Positions 10,330-20,618 of a stretch of 64,000 nucleotides of DNA are shown here, piece after piece; within the stretch, counting starts at the first letter, position 1, and the number at the start of each line of letters is the position of its first letter. The stretch spans positions 6,527-70,526 of IMG/VR virus record IMGVR_UViG_3300050821_020196; one strand, 5' to 3'. The notes below the pieces were generated by a model that made no database searches, was not told the origin of the DNA, and saw only the letters and a program-made list of their open reading frames with translations. A program made the position numbers and the translations under genes. The DNA is from a virus.

Positions 10330-11859
10330 ATGCCGGTTCCTAAGCCACAAAAAGGGGAGAAGAAAGACGATTTCATGGCCCGTTGTATGCACGAAGTCTC
10401 GCAAAACCCGGACCGGGAAAACGACCAGAATGTGGCTATTTGCCTCGATACTTGGCGGAAGAAAGATACCCAGGATGCCGTTATGAAAAAAGTCTTCGCG
10501 TTTAACGACCCCGAAAAGAAGGGGCTCCGCTGGGAACTCTCCCTTACCTCGGCAAAGGGGAAGAAGGAGGATATGGAGGACGAGGATAAGGAAGACGACT
10601 TCGACGACGAGGAGGACGACGACGAGGATACCTACGACGCGGTAAAGAACGATGACTCGGAGGGCGGGGACGACGAGGGCGGCGACGATAGCGAGATGCA
10701 CGCCTCGGATAAGAGCGATTCCGCGAAGGATAAGAAGGAGGCTGGGGAACTCGGCAACGACGATAGCGCTAACGGCGGCGCGGACCCTCTCGGCGAAAAT
10801 GTTGTCGCTAATCTCTCCATATATGGTGATATCGGCGAGAATTCCGATTCGGAAGCTTCGATTTCCGCCGCCGCATTCCGTTCCGCGTTGGCCGAGGCGG
10901 GGAATATTTCGAAGTTGAATATCCATATTAACTCGGCGGGCGGCAACATGTATGACGGAATTAGCATCTCCAACGCTATTTCCGAGCATCCGGCTCCTTC
11001 CGTAGCTTACGTCGACGGCCTAGCCGCCAGCGCGGCGACCATCGTCGCTCTCGGGGCGGATAAGACGGTTATGCGGGATAACTCGCATTACATGATCCAT
11101 AATTCCTGGGCCGCCGCCGTCGGAGATGCGGATTTAATGACGAAGGCGGCTAACCACTTAAAGATAGCCGACGAGACCATCTCCTCCATGTACGCCAGGA
11201 AGACCGGCCTGGATAAAGAGGTTATCTTGAAAATGATGTCCAACGAGACCTGGATGACGGCCCGGCAAGCGAAAGCGAAGGGTTTCGCCGACTCGGTAAA
11301 GGGCACCGTCGGCAAGGCGGCGAGAGCGAGCGCGAACAACCAATTTATCTTTAACTCCGTCGCCCTCGACCTGTCGCACTTTAAGAATATCCCGGCTAAA
11401 CTTACCCGGATGCGGGTTAAAAAGAGCCCCCCCAATAAAGTTTCTACCCCCGACGTAATTATCTCGGAATTTACTATGACCTCATCCGCCGACATTAAAG
11501 CTAAGGCTCCCGAAGCGTACAACGAGATCTATGCTCTAGGCGCGGAGGAAGGAATTAAGCGCGAACGGGAACGCATCGCCGAGATCGAGGCTTTCGACGC
11601 TCCGGAGTGCAAGGAAATCGTGGCCAAGGCCAAAGCGGACGGCTCTCTCGCTTCCGCCATTGCCGTGGAGTGCTTTAAGGCGGTTAACGCTCGCAAGCCG
11701 CAAGCGGTCTCCCCGGCAAATGCCCGCAAGCTGGACGCTAAGGATGTCAATTCCCTCGGGGCGGACATGAGCGACGTCGATAAGAAGGAAATGAGCGCTC
11801 TCGAAAAGCGGGCGGCAGTAGCCGACCTCATCGCGGGTAAGAACGGCAACCGGAAATAA
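10330..11859 (+). CDS. ClpP-type head maturation protease fused to scaffold
   Basis: INSAGG, GLAASAAT, MIHN, ETWMTA..A...GFAD; C-terminal ERERIAEI scaffold region. Confidence 0.9.
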   Translation: MPVPKPQKGEKKDDFMARCMHEVSQNPDRENDQNVAICLDTWRKKDTQDAVMKKVFAFNDPEKKGLRWELSLTSAKGKKEDMEDEDKEDDFDDEEDDDEDTYDAVKNDDSEGGDDEGGDDSEMHASDKSDSAKDKKEAGELGNDDSANGGADPLGENVVANLSIYGDIGENSDSEASISAAAFRSALAEAGNISKLNIHINSAGGNMYDGISISNAISEHPAPSVAYVDGLAASAATIVALGADKTVMRDNSHYMIHNSWAAAVGDADLMTKAANHLKIADETISSMYARKTGLDKEVILKMMSNETWMTARQAKAKGFADSVKGTVGKAARASANNQFIFNSVALDLSHFKNIPAKLTRMRVKKSPPNKVSTPDVIISEFTMTSSADIKAKAPEAYNEIYALGAEEGIKRERERIAEIEAFDAPECKEIVAKAKADGSLASAIAVECFKAVNARKPQAVSPANARKLDAKDVNSLGADMSDVDKKEMSALEKRAAVADLIAGKNGNRK

Positions 11860-11871
11860 TCCTAAATTTTT

Positions 11872-12309
11872 ATGTCTATAGGTAGCGCAACTTTATACGG
11901 ACCGAGGTCGTTCGCTAATATTTGGGGGGCGCAGGATTTTCCTTCCGAGACGGCGACTTACCTTATTAAAGGCGGCCAGACGGTTAGCATGTCGGGAGCG
12001 CCGACGGCGACTTACATCTTGCCGGGCACTATGATGGGGTTAACCGGAAGCGGTTCCGCTTCGAAAGCGGTTATCCTCGACTCTACGGCGGGCGACGGCT
12101 CTCAGAATCCGGTCGGCGTTCTCCTTAGCGGCACGGAGACGGCGGGGGGAGATACTCCGGCGGCGATCGCCGTTAGCGGCTCCTTTAACGGCAACGCCCT
12201 CCATTTTAAGGGTAGCGATAGTTACGCCACCTTCGCGGCTAAGCTCATTGCCCAAAACATCTATATCGAATCCTCTATTCCCGCGCACGGCACCAACGCA
12301 CCCGCTTAA
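11872..12309 (+). CDS. Head decoration protein (gpD-like)
   Basis: DGSQNPVGVL...SGSFNGNAL, between protease and capsid. Confidence 0.85.
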   Translation: MSIGSATLYGPRSFANIWGAQDFPSETATYLIKGGQTVSMSGAPTATYILPGTMMGLTGSGSASKAVILDSTAGDGSQNPVGVLLSGTETAGGDTPAAIAVSGSFNGNALHFKGSDSYATFAAKLIAQNIYIESSIPAHGTNAPA

Positions 12310-12321
12310 AGGGAAGACTTT

Positions 12322-13398
12322 ATGGCAATAAATCTGATCGATTTGTATGATACGTATTCGATGATCGAGGCGATCAATAAATTGCCTACTCAATCGAGCT
12401 TCCTCCGAGATACGTTCTTCCCGAACCGCCGCTTCTCGCCGACGGAACACGTCCAGTTCGACTTCGCAAAAGAAGGTCGTTACCTGGCCCCGTTCTACGA
12501 CCGGAACTCCAATCCGGCCTTAGCCGAGCGGCAAGGTTTCGAGACGCGGGATTTCGTTGCTCCGCCTTTCGGGGTTACCCGGGTACTGACCGTCGATGAT
12601 ATTGTTCGGCGTTGGATAGGAGAAGCGCCTTATACTTCGAGGACCCCGGTCGAACGGGGGGCCGAGATCCTAAAGCTCGATCTTCTAAAGAGCGACCTTC
12701 AGTGCTCCCGTACGGAGGAGTATTTCGCGGCCACCACGATACTCTACGGGACGATTTCCGGCCAGATCGCTACCCCGAACGGCATGATTAATGCCACGCC
12801 GATCGACTGGAAGTCCCAGCTCGGGCAAACGATTAATAATATCTCGGTTACCTGGACGAATGCGGGCGATCCCTTCGGCGACCTGGCCACTCTCTTTCTA
12901 GAGATCCAGCAACAATCCCTCGTGGTGCCGAATATCGTGGTCATGGACAATACGGCCTTCGGCCTTCTCCGCAAGAATCCGGAGTTGCAAAAGGAGCTGT
13001 ATAGCTTCCGGGGAGATAGCGGCAACACGATCGCGGTTATCGCGCCGGATAGGCTTTCGGACAATGTCAGCTATGCCGGGCGGCTCCGTTACCCGGCTAT
13101 CGATCTTTACATTTACAACGAGTGGTACCTTAATAATAACAACGTTAGTACGCCTTTCTTGCCCCCGGGAACGGTAATCATGGGCAATACAAAATCCAAC
13201 AATATTTTGTATTATGGGGCGATTACCCTCTGGCAGGGTGACCCGGTGGATGGCGCGTTTTCGACCTATACGGATACGCCTAGAGTGCCGAAAGTGTACG
13301 CCGATATTAAAAACAATAGGCGCTACCTAGAGATGCACGCCCGGGCGCTGACCTGCCCGACGGATCTTACCGAGTGGGGGGTTTTAACCGTTTCCTAA
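12322..13398 (+). CDS. Major capsid protein E family
   Basis: FLRDTFFP, LAPFY, IYNEWY, YYGAI motifs. Confidence 0.92.
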   Translation: MAINLIDLYDTYSMIEAINKLPTQSSFLRDTFFPNRRFSPTEHVQFDFAKEGRYLAPFYDRNSNPALAERQGFETRDFVAPPFGVTRVLTVDDIVRRWIGEAPYTSRTPVERGAEILKLDLLKSDLQCSRTEEYFAATTILYGTISGQIATPNGMINATPIDWKSQLGQTINNISVTWTNAGDPFGDLATLFLEIQQQSLVVPNIVVMDNTAFGLLRKNPELQKELYSFRGDSGNTIAVIAPDRLSDNVSYAGRLRYPAIDLYIYNEWYLNNNNVSTPFLPPGTVIMGNTKSNNILYYGAITLWQGDPVDGAFSTYTDTPRVPKVYADIKNNRRYLEMHARALTCPTDLTEWGVLTVS

Positions 13399-13444
13399 AA
13401 ATTTCTTTCGGTTAGCATATACATACATTGATTAGCGACATGGT

Positions 13445-13480
13445 AAAACCCCCGGCGAGCGGTGCCGGGGGTTTTCTTTT
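13445..13480 (+). terminator. Rho-independent terminator after the capsid gene
   Basis: aaaacccccggc-gagcggt-gccgggggttttctttt. Confidence 0.85.
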
Positions 13481-13501
13481 GCCCCGGGGTAGTTATCCGG
13501 C

Positions 13502-13855
13502 ATGAGCTTAATGAGCGATTTCGCCTCGGAGATGGATGACGTCTTCTTCGATACCGAGGAGCTAGCCGAGTGCATGGCCGTCTCGATTAACGATGGGACT
13601 GGGCACGAGAAGACGCTTATGCTCGGGGTAATCTGGCAAGGGGATCTCCTCCGGGACGCGATCGGAGTCGCGCATACGGCGGCGCTCGGCGAATACGAGG
13701 CCGCCTTAACCGTGAACGCCGCCGATCTCCCGCGAAAGCCGACCAATAACGAGACGCTAAAAGTAAACGGAAAGAAGTACCGTATCGCGAAGGTGGTCTT
13801 CGGCCCGCAGGATCTTTTCTACGTTATCTACCTTTGCACCTACGCGACGAATTAA
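13502..13855 (+). CDS. Head-tail joining protein
   Basis: DDVFFDTEELAE N-terminus, VNGKKYRI; position after capsid. Confidence 0.7.
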   Translation: MSLMSDFASEMDDVFFDTEELAECMAVSINDGTGHEKTLMLGVIWQGDLLRDAIGVAHTAALGEYEAALTVNAADLPRKPTNNETLKVNGKKYRIAKVVFGPQDLFYVIYLCTYATN

Positions 13856-13860
13856 ACCCT

Positions 13861-14508
13861 ATGCCGATAATTGTCGATGCCCGCGATTTCGCCCGTTGCC
13901 GGAGTAATCTCTTCGAGATCCCGAAGAAGGTGCCCTCCATCCTTTCCCGCTCGATTAACTATGCCCTCCGGCGGACGAAGACTCTTATTCTATCGGAGAA
14001 GGGGCCGGTACGGAGCGTCTATAACGTTAGCCGGGCCTCTCTTAACAAGAAGGGGATTATTAAGACGAAATGGGCGGAGCCGAGCGATCCCCCCTACGGG
14101 GCGTTAATGATCGCCGGGAAACGGTTGCCGCTCTATGCCTTTCTCGGGAGGAAGATCGTCGGGCAACGCACCGGCTGGGGGCAACAAGTACAGGTAGAGG
14201 TCTTAAAAGGGCAACGGAAGACTCTCCCCCACGCCTTTATCGCCACCATGGAGAGCGGGCATACCGGGATTTGGGAGCGGACCGGAGAGTTCGCGATTAG
14301 TAAGCGCGGGCGTTACGTCGGCAAGCGGCGGGAGAAGATCCGGGAGCTTTTTACGATTAACGTCGCCCAGATGGTCGGGGGAGCCCGGGCAACGGAAACG
14401 GTGCAAGCCTACGCCCGGGCCCAGTACGAAAAGGAGGTCGTCCGGCTCTCCAACGTCGCCTTAAAGGCCTTCGCGGATAAGCAGAATAAGAAGCCCTCCG
14501 GCTTTTAG
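13861..14508 (+). CDS. Minor tail protein Z-like
   Basis: HAFIATMESGHTGIWER motif. Confidence 0.75.
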   Translation: MPIIVDARDFARCRSNLFEIPKKVPSILSRSINYALRRTKTLILSEKGPVRSVYNVSRASLNKKGIIKTKWAEPSDPPYGALMIAGKRLPLYAFLGRKIVGQRTGWGQQVQVEVLKGQRKTLPHAFIATMESGHTGIWERTGEFAISKRGRYVGKRREKIRELFTINVAQMVGGARATETVQAYARAQYEKEVVRLSNVALKAFADKQNKKPSGF

Positions 14509-14521
14509 TAATTAGAGGGGA

Positions 14522-15205
14522 ATGAGTACCCCTTTCGGCATCTATACTCCCGGCTCCTCGATCCCCCTAATCGAGGATCTCCTCGCCGATCATATCCGCC
14601 TCTGGACGAAGGACTCCCGCTATAAGGCGGTCGCCGGGGTGCTGGGAGACATTACCCGCCTTCCGGAGCCGCAAGCCCCGGTCGTTTTCGTGAACGACAT
14701 CCCCATGACGGTTTATGGGGTGCTCGAAGGGTCGCGCAAAGCCAACGTGCCGTGCGTTATCGTCCAGCTCGTTTCTTGGGAAAACGGTCCGAAAGTGGGG
14801 ACCATGACGGTGCATATCGGGGTCTTAACCTACGACGATGCGGAGGACATGCAGGGCCACCGGGACGTTATTTTAATAATGAGCCGGATCTGGTTCCAAC
14901 TTTGGAAGCACCGTTTAATCGGTTACGCCGGGCAAGAGGAGTCGGACCGTTACCGCTATGTGCTAACCGAGCCCTGGATAAGCGCGGAGAGGGTCTGGCC
15001 GGGAGATAAACCGACCTACCCTTTTTATTTCGGCTCCCTAATTACACATTATTCGTTAATAACCCCGACCGCCCATGGGTACGAAGGAGAGCCTTCGGCG
15101 GTGCGCGGGGGCGGCATTCCGGTGGTTACCTACCCCGGGGAACCCATCGTCGGCGGCGAGCCTTCCGAGGTGCCGTTGCTCCCGGATGGTACCCCAATGT
15201 GGTGA
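14522..15205 (+). CDS. Tail completion/terminator-like protein
   Basis: Position; PCVIVQL, GHRDV, YPFYFG. Confidence 0.6.
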   Translation: MSTPFGIYTPGSSIPLIEDLLADHIRLWTKDSRYKAVAGVLGDITRLPEPQAPVVFVNDIPMTVYGVLEGSRKANVPCVIVQLVSWENGPKVGTMTVHIGVLTYDDAEDMQGHRDVILIMSRIWFQLWKHRLIGYAGQEESDRYRYVLTEPWISAERVWPGDKPTYPFYFGSLITHYSLITPTAHGYEGEPSAVRGGGIPVVTYPGEPIVGGEPSEVPLLPDGTPMW

Positions 15206-15266
15206 CACATTAGCGTATTTTCCGAGGGCAAAATAAAGTTTCCCTCTCGCTCGTAATTATCCGGCG

Positions 15267-15575
15267 ATGAGCGAAGCAACCGAAGCGCCGGGACCGATCG
15301 TTTTCGTAGGGCCTAACCAGCCGGGCGGCCTCCTAATGCATGGGCAGATCTTCGAGGCGGGCGTCGGTATTCCGCCTTATCTAGATTCGCTTTTAAAGGC
15401 GAGGCCCATCCTCCGGAACTATTTCGTCCCCGTCGGGAGGTATTCCGAGGCGGTAAAGCGGGTGCCGAACCTCCGTTACTTCCGCTCGGAGCAAATTTCC
15501 GCCGTGCCTAACCGCCGAGCTAACCGCACGGGCCGGGCCAATCTTACCCCTATGGGCGTTCGCAATCCACGGTAA
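15267..15575 (+). CDS. Conserved pre-sheath hypothetical protein
   Basis: IVFVGPN...FVPV pattern; position. Confidence 0.6.
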   Translation: MSEATEAPGPIVFVGPNQPGGLLMHGQIFEAGVGIPPYLDSLLKARPILRNYFVPVGRYSEAVKRVPNLRYFRSEQISAVPNRRANRTGRANLTPMGVRNPR

Positions 15576-15582
15576 CTCTTTT

Positions 15583-17169
15583 ATGTCAACTACCGCTACT
15601 TTCACTCACGGAGTCTATTACGTCCAGGAACCTACGGCGGCGGTGGGCGTCGTCGAGGCGAACGCTAGTCTTCCTTTCGTTTGCGGTCGGGCTCCGGTCC
15701 ACACCTTGCCCCAGTTTCAATGGCAGCCGTACAACGTCTGGGCCGGTTCCGGGAGCGGGATTTCGCCTTACGCGAGCGTGGTTAACCAACCGATTTTTAC
15801 TAATTCCTACCAGGACGTGGTCAACGGTTCCGACGCCGCCGGGCTTACCGCGCTCGGCTATTCGAGCGATTTCGCAACTTGGACTATCTCCGAGCACGTC
15901 GATGCCGCCTACCTAGAGAATAACGTCGCTCCGGCGGTTTACCAGAACGTCTTCGATCCCGCCGGGCAAGGCAATTATACACAAATCGCGGCCACTCCTT
16001 TTACGGTTAGCAATAACCAGGTTACCATTAACGTCCCGAACGTTATCCTGACCTCCGTCGTTATTAAGAACTCCGGGAATACCGTGACGTATATTAACGG
16101 CACGGATTACGTCCTGAACTACGATAGCTCGGGGACCTTCGCTTCCCTTATCGTTACCGTCCTCGCCGCCGGGGCCGCTTCCGGGGCGACCTCCCTCTCC
16201 ATCGCCTACGCTTACGCTCTCCCGCTTCAGGTCGGGGCGAACGCGGTTATCGGCGGTACCGATGCCCAAGGCCGCTATAGCGGCTTGCAAGCGATCGAGA
16301 ACGTCTTCTGGGATTTTCAACAGGTGGTTGGGATTATCCTAGCTCCCGGGTTCTCCTCGAACCCGAATGTCGCGCAAGCCATGCTGGCCAAGGCTACTTC
16401 ATTTAATGGCGTTTTTTCATGCATGGCCTACATCGACGTCGATACCTCACAAGTTACCGGTTACACGGGGGTTAACGCCTGGAAGAATACAAATAATATT
16501 TTTAGTAAGTACCAGATGCTCTTCTGGCCGATGGCGGAACTCGGGAATAAGACCTACCATTTAAGCGTTTTAGCCGCCGTTACCCAGGCCGTAACCGACT
16601 TTAATAATGGGAACGTGCCTTTCGCTTCCTCCTCCAACCAGCCGCTAGCGGCGACCGCTCTCGTCCTCGCTAACGGGGCGCAAGTTACTATGACGAACGT
16701 GCAAGCGAACGTCTTAAACGCTATCGGTTGCACGACCGCGCTTAACTTTATCGGCGGCTTCCGGCTTTGGGGGAACCTAACCGCCGTCGGATTGTCGGAT
16801 ACGGATATTCACGACGAGTTCCAATGCATCCAGAGGATGTTTCAATTTGTAGGCAACTCCCTCGTTTTGACATTGTGGCAATTTTGCGATCGCCCTGGAA
16901 ATAACCGGAACATTGAGGCGATTACGGAGACGATCGTCCTTTTCCTCGACGCGCTTACTTCGCAAGGGGCGCTTATCGACGGCAACGCTAGCTTTAATCC
17001 GGCGGATAACCCGATCGAGAATTTAATGCAGGGAACATTTTCCTGGAATTTACAGATGGCTCCGCCGCCTCCGATGCAGACGATCCGGGCCCTCCTAAAT
17101 TACGACTTGGATATGTTGCAGGAGCTATTCGCGAATAGCGGCATCGCCAACCCGACCTCGCTTACCTAA
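15583..17169 (+). CDS. Tail sheath protein
   Basis: HGVYYVQE, GRAPVH, ILAPGFS, GFRLWGN, PPPPMQTI. Confidence 0.92.
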   Translation: MSTTATFTHGVYYVQEPTAAVGVVEANASLPFVCGRAPVHTLPQFQWQPYNVWAGSGSGISPYASVVNQPIFTNSYQDVVNGSDAAGLTALGYSSDFATWTISEHVDAAYLENNVAPAVYQNVFDPAGQGNYTQIAATPFTVSNNQVTINVPNVILTSVVIKNSGNTVTYINGTDYVLNYDSSGTFASLIVTVLAAGAASGATSLSIAYAYALPLQVGANAVIGGTDAQGRYSGLQAIENVFWDFQQVVGIILAPGFSSNPNVAQAMLAKATSFNGVFSCMAYIDVDTSQVTGYTGVNAWKNTNNIFSKYQMLFWPMAELGNKTYHLSVLAAVTQAVTDFNNGNVPFASSSNQPLAATALVLANGAQVTMTNVQANVLNAIGCTTALNFIGGFRLWGNLTAVGLSDTDIHDEFQCIQRMFQFVGNSLVLTLWQFCDRPGNNRNIEAITETIVLFLDALTSQGALIDGNASFNPADNPIENLMQGTFSWNLQMAPPPPMQTIRALLNYDLDMLQELFANSGIANPTSLT

Positions 17170-17188
17170 CCCTTAGTACTTATCGATT

Positions 17189-17704
17189 ATGCAGATTCCA
17201 GACGCCGTTCACGGGTTTAACGTTTACACGGGTGCCGGTGCGCTCTTTGTGGGGGTGGCAGATTCAACTTTGCCGAATATCCAGTTAATGACTGACAGCA
17301 TCAAAGGGGCTAATATTGCAGGATCGGTAAAATTCCCGATTATGGGATTCGCGAACGACATGGCTTTAGCATTGTCGTTCTATTCGGTAACGGACGGCTA
17401 CTTCTCCCTCTTCGCCCAGACGGGCATCCAGTTGGTCCTCCGGGCCGGTATTCAGTACTCGGACAACTCCAATAATACCCTTTTTGACATCCCCCGCCGG
17501 ATCGTGGCTTTTTGTTATCCGACCGGGTTTAACTTAGGGAAATTCGAACCGGCGGTTAAGCAAGGGACGGTCGTCGATCTCTCGGTTAGCAAGATCGCCA
17601 TCTATTTCCGCAACAACAACAAGGTGGCCGACATCGATCCGCTTAATACGAAGTGGGAGGTTTACGGCACGGATTACCTCGCTCCTTTGCGGAATATGAT
17701 TTAA
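17189..17704 (+). CDS. Tail tube protein (P2 FII-like)
   Basis: FNVY...GVAD.TLP, IDPLN...GTDYLA. Confidence 0.9.
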   Translation: MQIPDAVHGFNVYTGAGALFVGVADSTLPNIQLMTDSIKGANIAGSVKFPIMGFANDMALALSFYSVTDGYFSLFAQTGIQLVLRAGIQYSDNSNNTLFDIPRRIVAFCYPTGFNLGKFEPAVKQGTVVDLSVSKIAIYFRNNNKVADIDPLNTKWEVYGTDYLAPLRNMI

Positions 17705-17792
17705 AAGCTCGCTCCTATAGAGACCATAGTAAAAAGCCCTGGGATGAGAGACCCAAAGCGCCCTCCTGGGCGGATTTAACGATAAGCTGCAA

Positions 17793-20033
17793 ATGACGGT
17801 TAAGCAGTGGGACGCCTTAGGGGACGTCCTCGCCGACCAGACTACCCAGTCGAAGGGCCGGATTAAATCCTTCGCCGCCGAACTAGAGTATCTCGGCTTT
17901 ACCCGCCAGGGGATCGAAACCCTAACCGCTAAGTTCTCCGATTTCGATACCGTATACCATAAGGCCATGGACCCCTCCCAGGCGGAGGCCTTCTACACCG
18001 TGGCCGGGAAGATCGCCCAGGGGCGGGGAGAGAACGTCCGGCTCCAATTCCAGAGGCTAGCCGAACTCGGGATTAGTCTTACCCCGGATCTAGAGCCGGA
18101 ATTACAAGCCGCCCGGCGGAGCAACCGCCCGATGGACGAGGTGCTCCGGGTGCTAACCGAGCACATGCGCACGACGCCGGAACAGGCCCTCGCCGAACGG
18201 GCGAAGCCGGAGGGGCAGATCGAGGTCCTGCAGAACCGGTTAAACGGGGAGGCCACCCGGATTTACAAGATCCTGGTTGATGACTTATTCGGCCCGCTAG
18301 CGACCTTTATTAATACGAAGCTCGGCAATCCGGACGACCCGGGTAGCGGTCTCTACCGGTTTAACCAGTTTATCGATAAAATGGGGACGGAGCTAGAGCC
18401 CAAGATCGAGGGGATGATTACCTTTATCGATCAACATTGGAAGCAAATTTCGGATACCATCGTCGGAACGACCAAGTTCGTCGAGGAGCATTGGAAAGGG
18501 ATCGTCGAAACGATCGTCGGGGTAAAGCTAGGCGTTTGGGTAGCGCATACCTCGGCCATGATCGCGCATACCGTAGCTCTCTTTAAGGCTTCCGGGGTTA
18601 ATATCCCGGGGTTAGGGCTTTTAGGAGGAGCCGGAGCGCCCATCGCCGGGATTACCGGAATAGTGGCGGCGGAGAAGGCCATTCTCGACCCGTTGGTTAA
18701 GAGCCGTCCCGATCTCTATAATAAGGAAAAGGGGATCTATAATTGGAGCCTCATCGCCCCGGAGGGGATGAGCGCGGAGGATCTTAATAAGCCGCCCGGC
18801 ATGGCCGAGGGGGGAGTCGTTACCTCCCCGACCATGATCCTCGCCGGGGAGCGGGGGCGGGAGGCCATCGTCCCCCTGGGGGATACCGACCCCCGCTTAA
18901 CTAGGGCCTTTATCGACCTTCCCGACGTCTTAAAGGATCTCGAAGATACGCTCGCGACCCTAACCGGGGGTGCACCCGGCGGAGGGGGCCCGGGAGGGGG
19001 AGGCGGAGCCCCCGGCGGAGGAGGAGGCGGCGGAGGGGGAGGCATGGGCGGGTACAACCCGGCGACCTGGGATACCTACCTCGAATCGGAGGCGACGAAG
19101 TACGGGATTAGCCCGCTTTTACTTAAAGCGATCGCCCGGCAAGAGGGAGTCGCTCCCGGGGATTTTAACCCGCTCGGCCTTTCTCCTGGAGGGGGAGGGC
19201 CTACCCATTACGGGAGCGTAGAAGCCGGTTCGGCGGGGATCGACGCCTTTATCGCGAAGAACTTATCCCGCTTTAGGGGTGCGACCGGGGATCTAGACTC
19301 CTTTGCTCATTGGTATTCCCCGATCGGGGCCTCTAACGACCCGAACCGGACCAACGCCGGGGAGGCTTCCGGCATCCGTTACTGGATGGATCGCCTTTCT
19401 TCGGCGGGCGGCCCGGGGACGAAGCCCGGGGAGGGGATCGACGAGGACGTGCAATGGAACCGGGTCGACGGTATGACGGGGCAAAAGTGGGGGGTCGCTA
19501 CCTTTCCGGATGGGACGAAGATTCCGGTTACTAGCGGCGGGGCGCGAGGCCGGGGGGCCTTGCCGGACGACGTTTATAGCATGCGGGACTATACGCAACA
19601 GTCCGGGATTACTAACGCTACCCAGTGGGGGAACGCCCGCTACGTTTACCAACTTACCAATAGCCGGGGCGTCGACGATCTCTTTCGCGAGCACCCGGAC
19701 CGCTCCGGGAAGACCATGGGCTGTATCGGGGTTTACGATTCGGAGGGCGACGCTCTTCTTCTCCAGAACGAGGTCATGCAAAGGATGAAGGAGAAAGGCG
19801 GTTTACTTAAGGTGCGCACCCATACCGGGCCGCTAGTAAACGGGGGAGATAGTACCCCGGTCGTTAACGTCGGCGACACTCACGTGCATATTAACGGCGA
19901 CGGGCACGACGCGGCGGCCATCGGGGAGCACGTGGCGAAGGCCATCGCGGTACAAAAGATGCACATCCAGGACGCCTTAGCGAAGGCCATGACCAATCTC
20001 CGCAACCATGAAAAAAGGGTCGCGTTTGCTTGA
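17793..20033 (+). CDS. Tape measure protein with C-terminal peptidoglycan-active domains
   Basis: Helical N-terminus, MAEGGVVTSPT..AGERGREAIVPL, then SLT-like and Tlde1-like segments. Confidence 0.8.
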   Translation: MTVKQWDALGDVLADQTTQSKGRIKSFAAELEYLGFTRQGIETLTAKFSDFDTVYHKAMDPSQAEAFYTVAGKIAQGRGENVRLQFQRLAELGISLTPDLEPELQAARRSNRPMDEVLRVLTEHMRTTPEQALAERAKPEGQIEVLQNRLNGEATRIYKILVDDLFGPLATFINTKLGNPDDPGSGLYRFNQFIDKMGTELEPKIEGMITFIDQHWKQISDTIVGTTKFVEEHWKGIVETIVGVKLGVWVAHTSAMIAHTVALFKASGVNIPGLGLLGGAGAPIAGITGIVAAEKAILDPLVKSRPDLYNKEKGIYNWSLIAPEGMSAEDLNKPPGMAEGGVVTSPTMILAGERGREAIVPLGDTDPRLTRAFIDLPDVLKDLEDTLATLTGGAPGGGGPGGGGGAPGGGGGGGGGGMGGYNPATWDTYLESEATKYGISPLLLKAIARQEGVAPGDFNPLGLSPGGGGPTHYGSVEAGSAGIDAFIAKNLSRFRGATGDLDSFAHWYSPIGASNDPNRTNAGEASGIRYWMDRLSSAGGPGTKPGEGIDEDVQWNRVDGMTGQKWGVATFPDGTKIPVTSGGARGRGALPDDVYSMRDYTQQSGITNATQWGNARYVYQLTNSRGVDDLFREHPDRSGKTMGCIGVYDSEGDALLLQNEVMQRMKEKGGLLKVRTHTGPLVNGGDSTPVVNVGDTHVHINGDGHDAAAIGEHVAKAIAVQKMHIQDALAKAMTNLRNHEKRVAFA

Positions 20034-20039
20034 CGAAGT

Positions 20040-20540
20040 TTAGTGTTCTCCGGGTTGAGAAAGATATTCAGCTACCTTTTTTCTGGCATTGAATTTTTGA
20101 GTTTTAGCGTCGGCCCAACGAACATTCCAAGGGTAATATCCTTCCCAGGGATTAATCCGATCCAGACTCATCCCTTCCGGTTTACTACCAATTAAGTTGG
20201 TAATGCCTAACATAAAGGTTTCGAAGCAATGCCAAGGCTCCCAAACGGTAACCCCGAGAGCGCCGTATATTCTGTACCGGTTAGATTTTGGATTATAACA
20301 ACGATAGAGCATTAAATAGTGACCGTTGAATAATTCATGACCCCAAAATCCATGCTTAACACCATTTTTGTTACCTGTAGATTTAAGTCTTAATTTAGCC
20401 CGGTATTCTTCGGTTCTTTCGAAGACTCCCGCTTTTCCTTTAAGGTAGGATCGGTCGGGATGGCTCTTATTGTAAAGCCGGATAGCCTCGGTTATTTTTG
20501 CTTGGTGCTCGGGAGTACGTTGCAGTTTTCGTTTATCCAT
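20040..20540 (-). CDS. HNH homing endonuclease-like protein with NUMOD3-like repeats
   Basis: RCYNP...YGALGVTV, SLDRINP..GYYPWNVRWA; AT-rich, opposite strand; start moved to ATG 20540. Confidence 0.75.
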   Translation of the reverse strand: MDKRKLQRTPEHQAKITEAIRLYNKSHPDRSYLKGKAGVFERTEEYRAKLRLKSTGNKNGVKHGFWGHELFNGHYLMLYRCYNPKSNRYRIYGALGVTVWEPWHCFETFMLGITNLIGSKPEGMSLDRINPWEGYYPWNVRWADAKTQKFNARKKVAEYLSQPGEH

Positions 20541-20618
20541 TCTTATAATAGAACGGCCTTTGCTTAGATACTCCGATTCGCACGTACGGTCTTTTGCCGA
20601 AGCGTATTTAGACGGGAG

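Noticed and set aside
18965-19050. G-rich tract in the TMP as a regulatory quadruplex
   Set aside because: Explained by an in-frame poly-Gly linker
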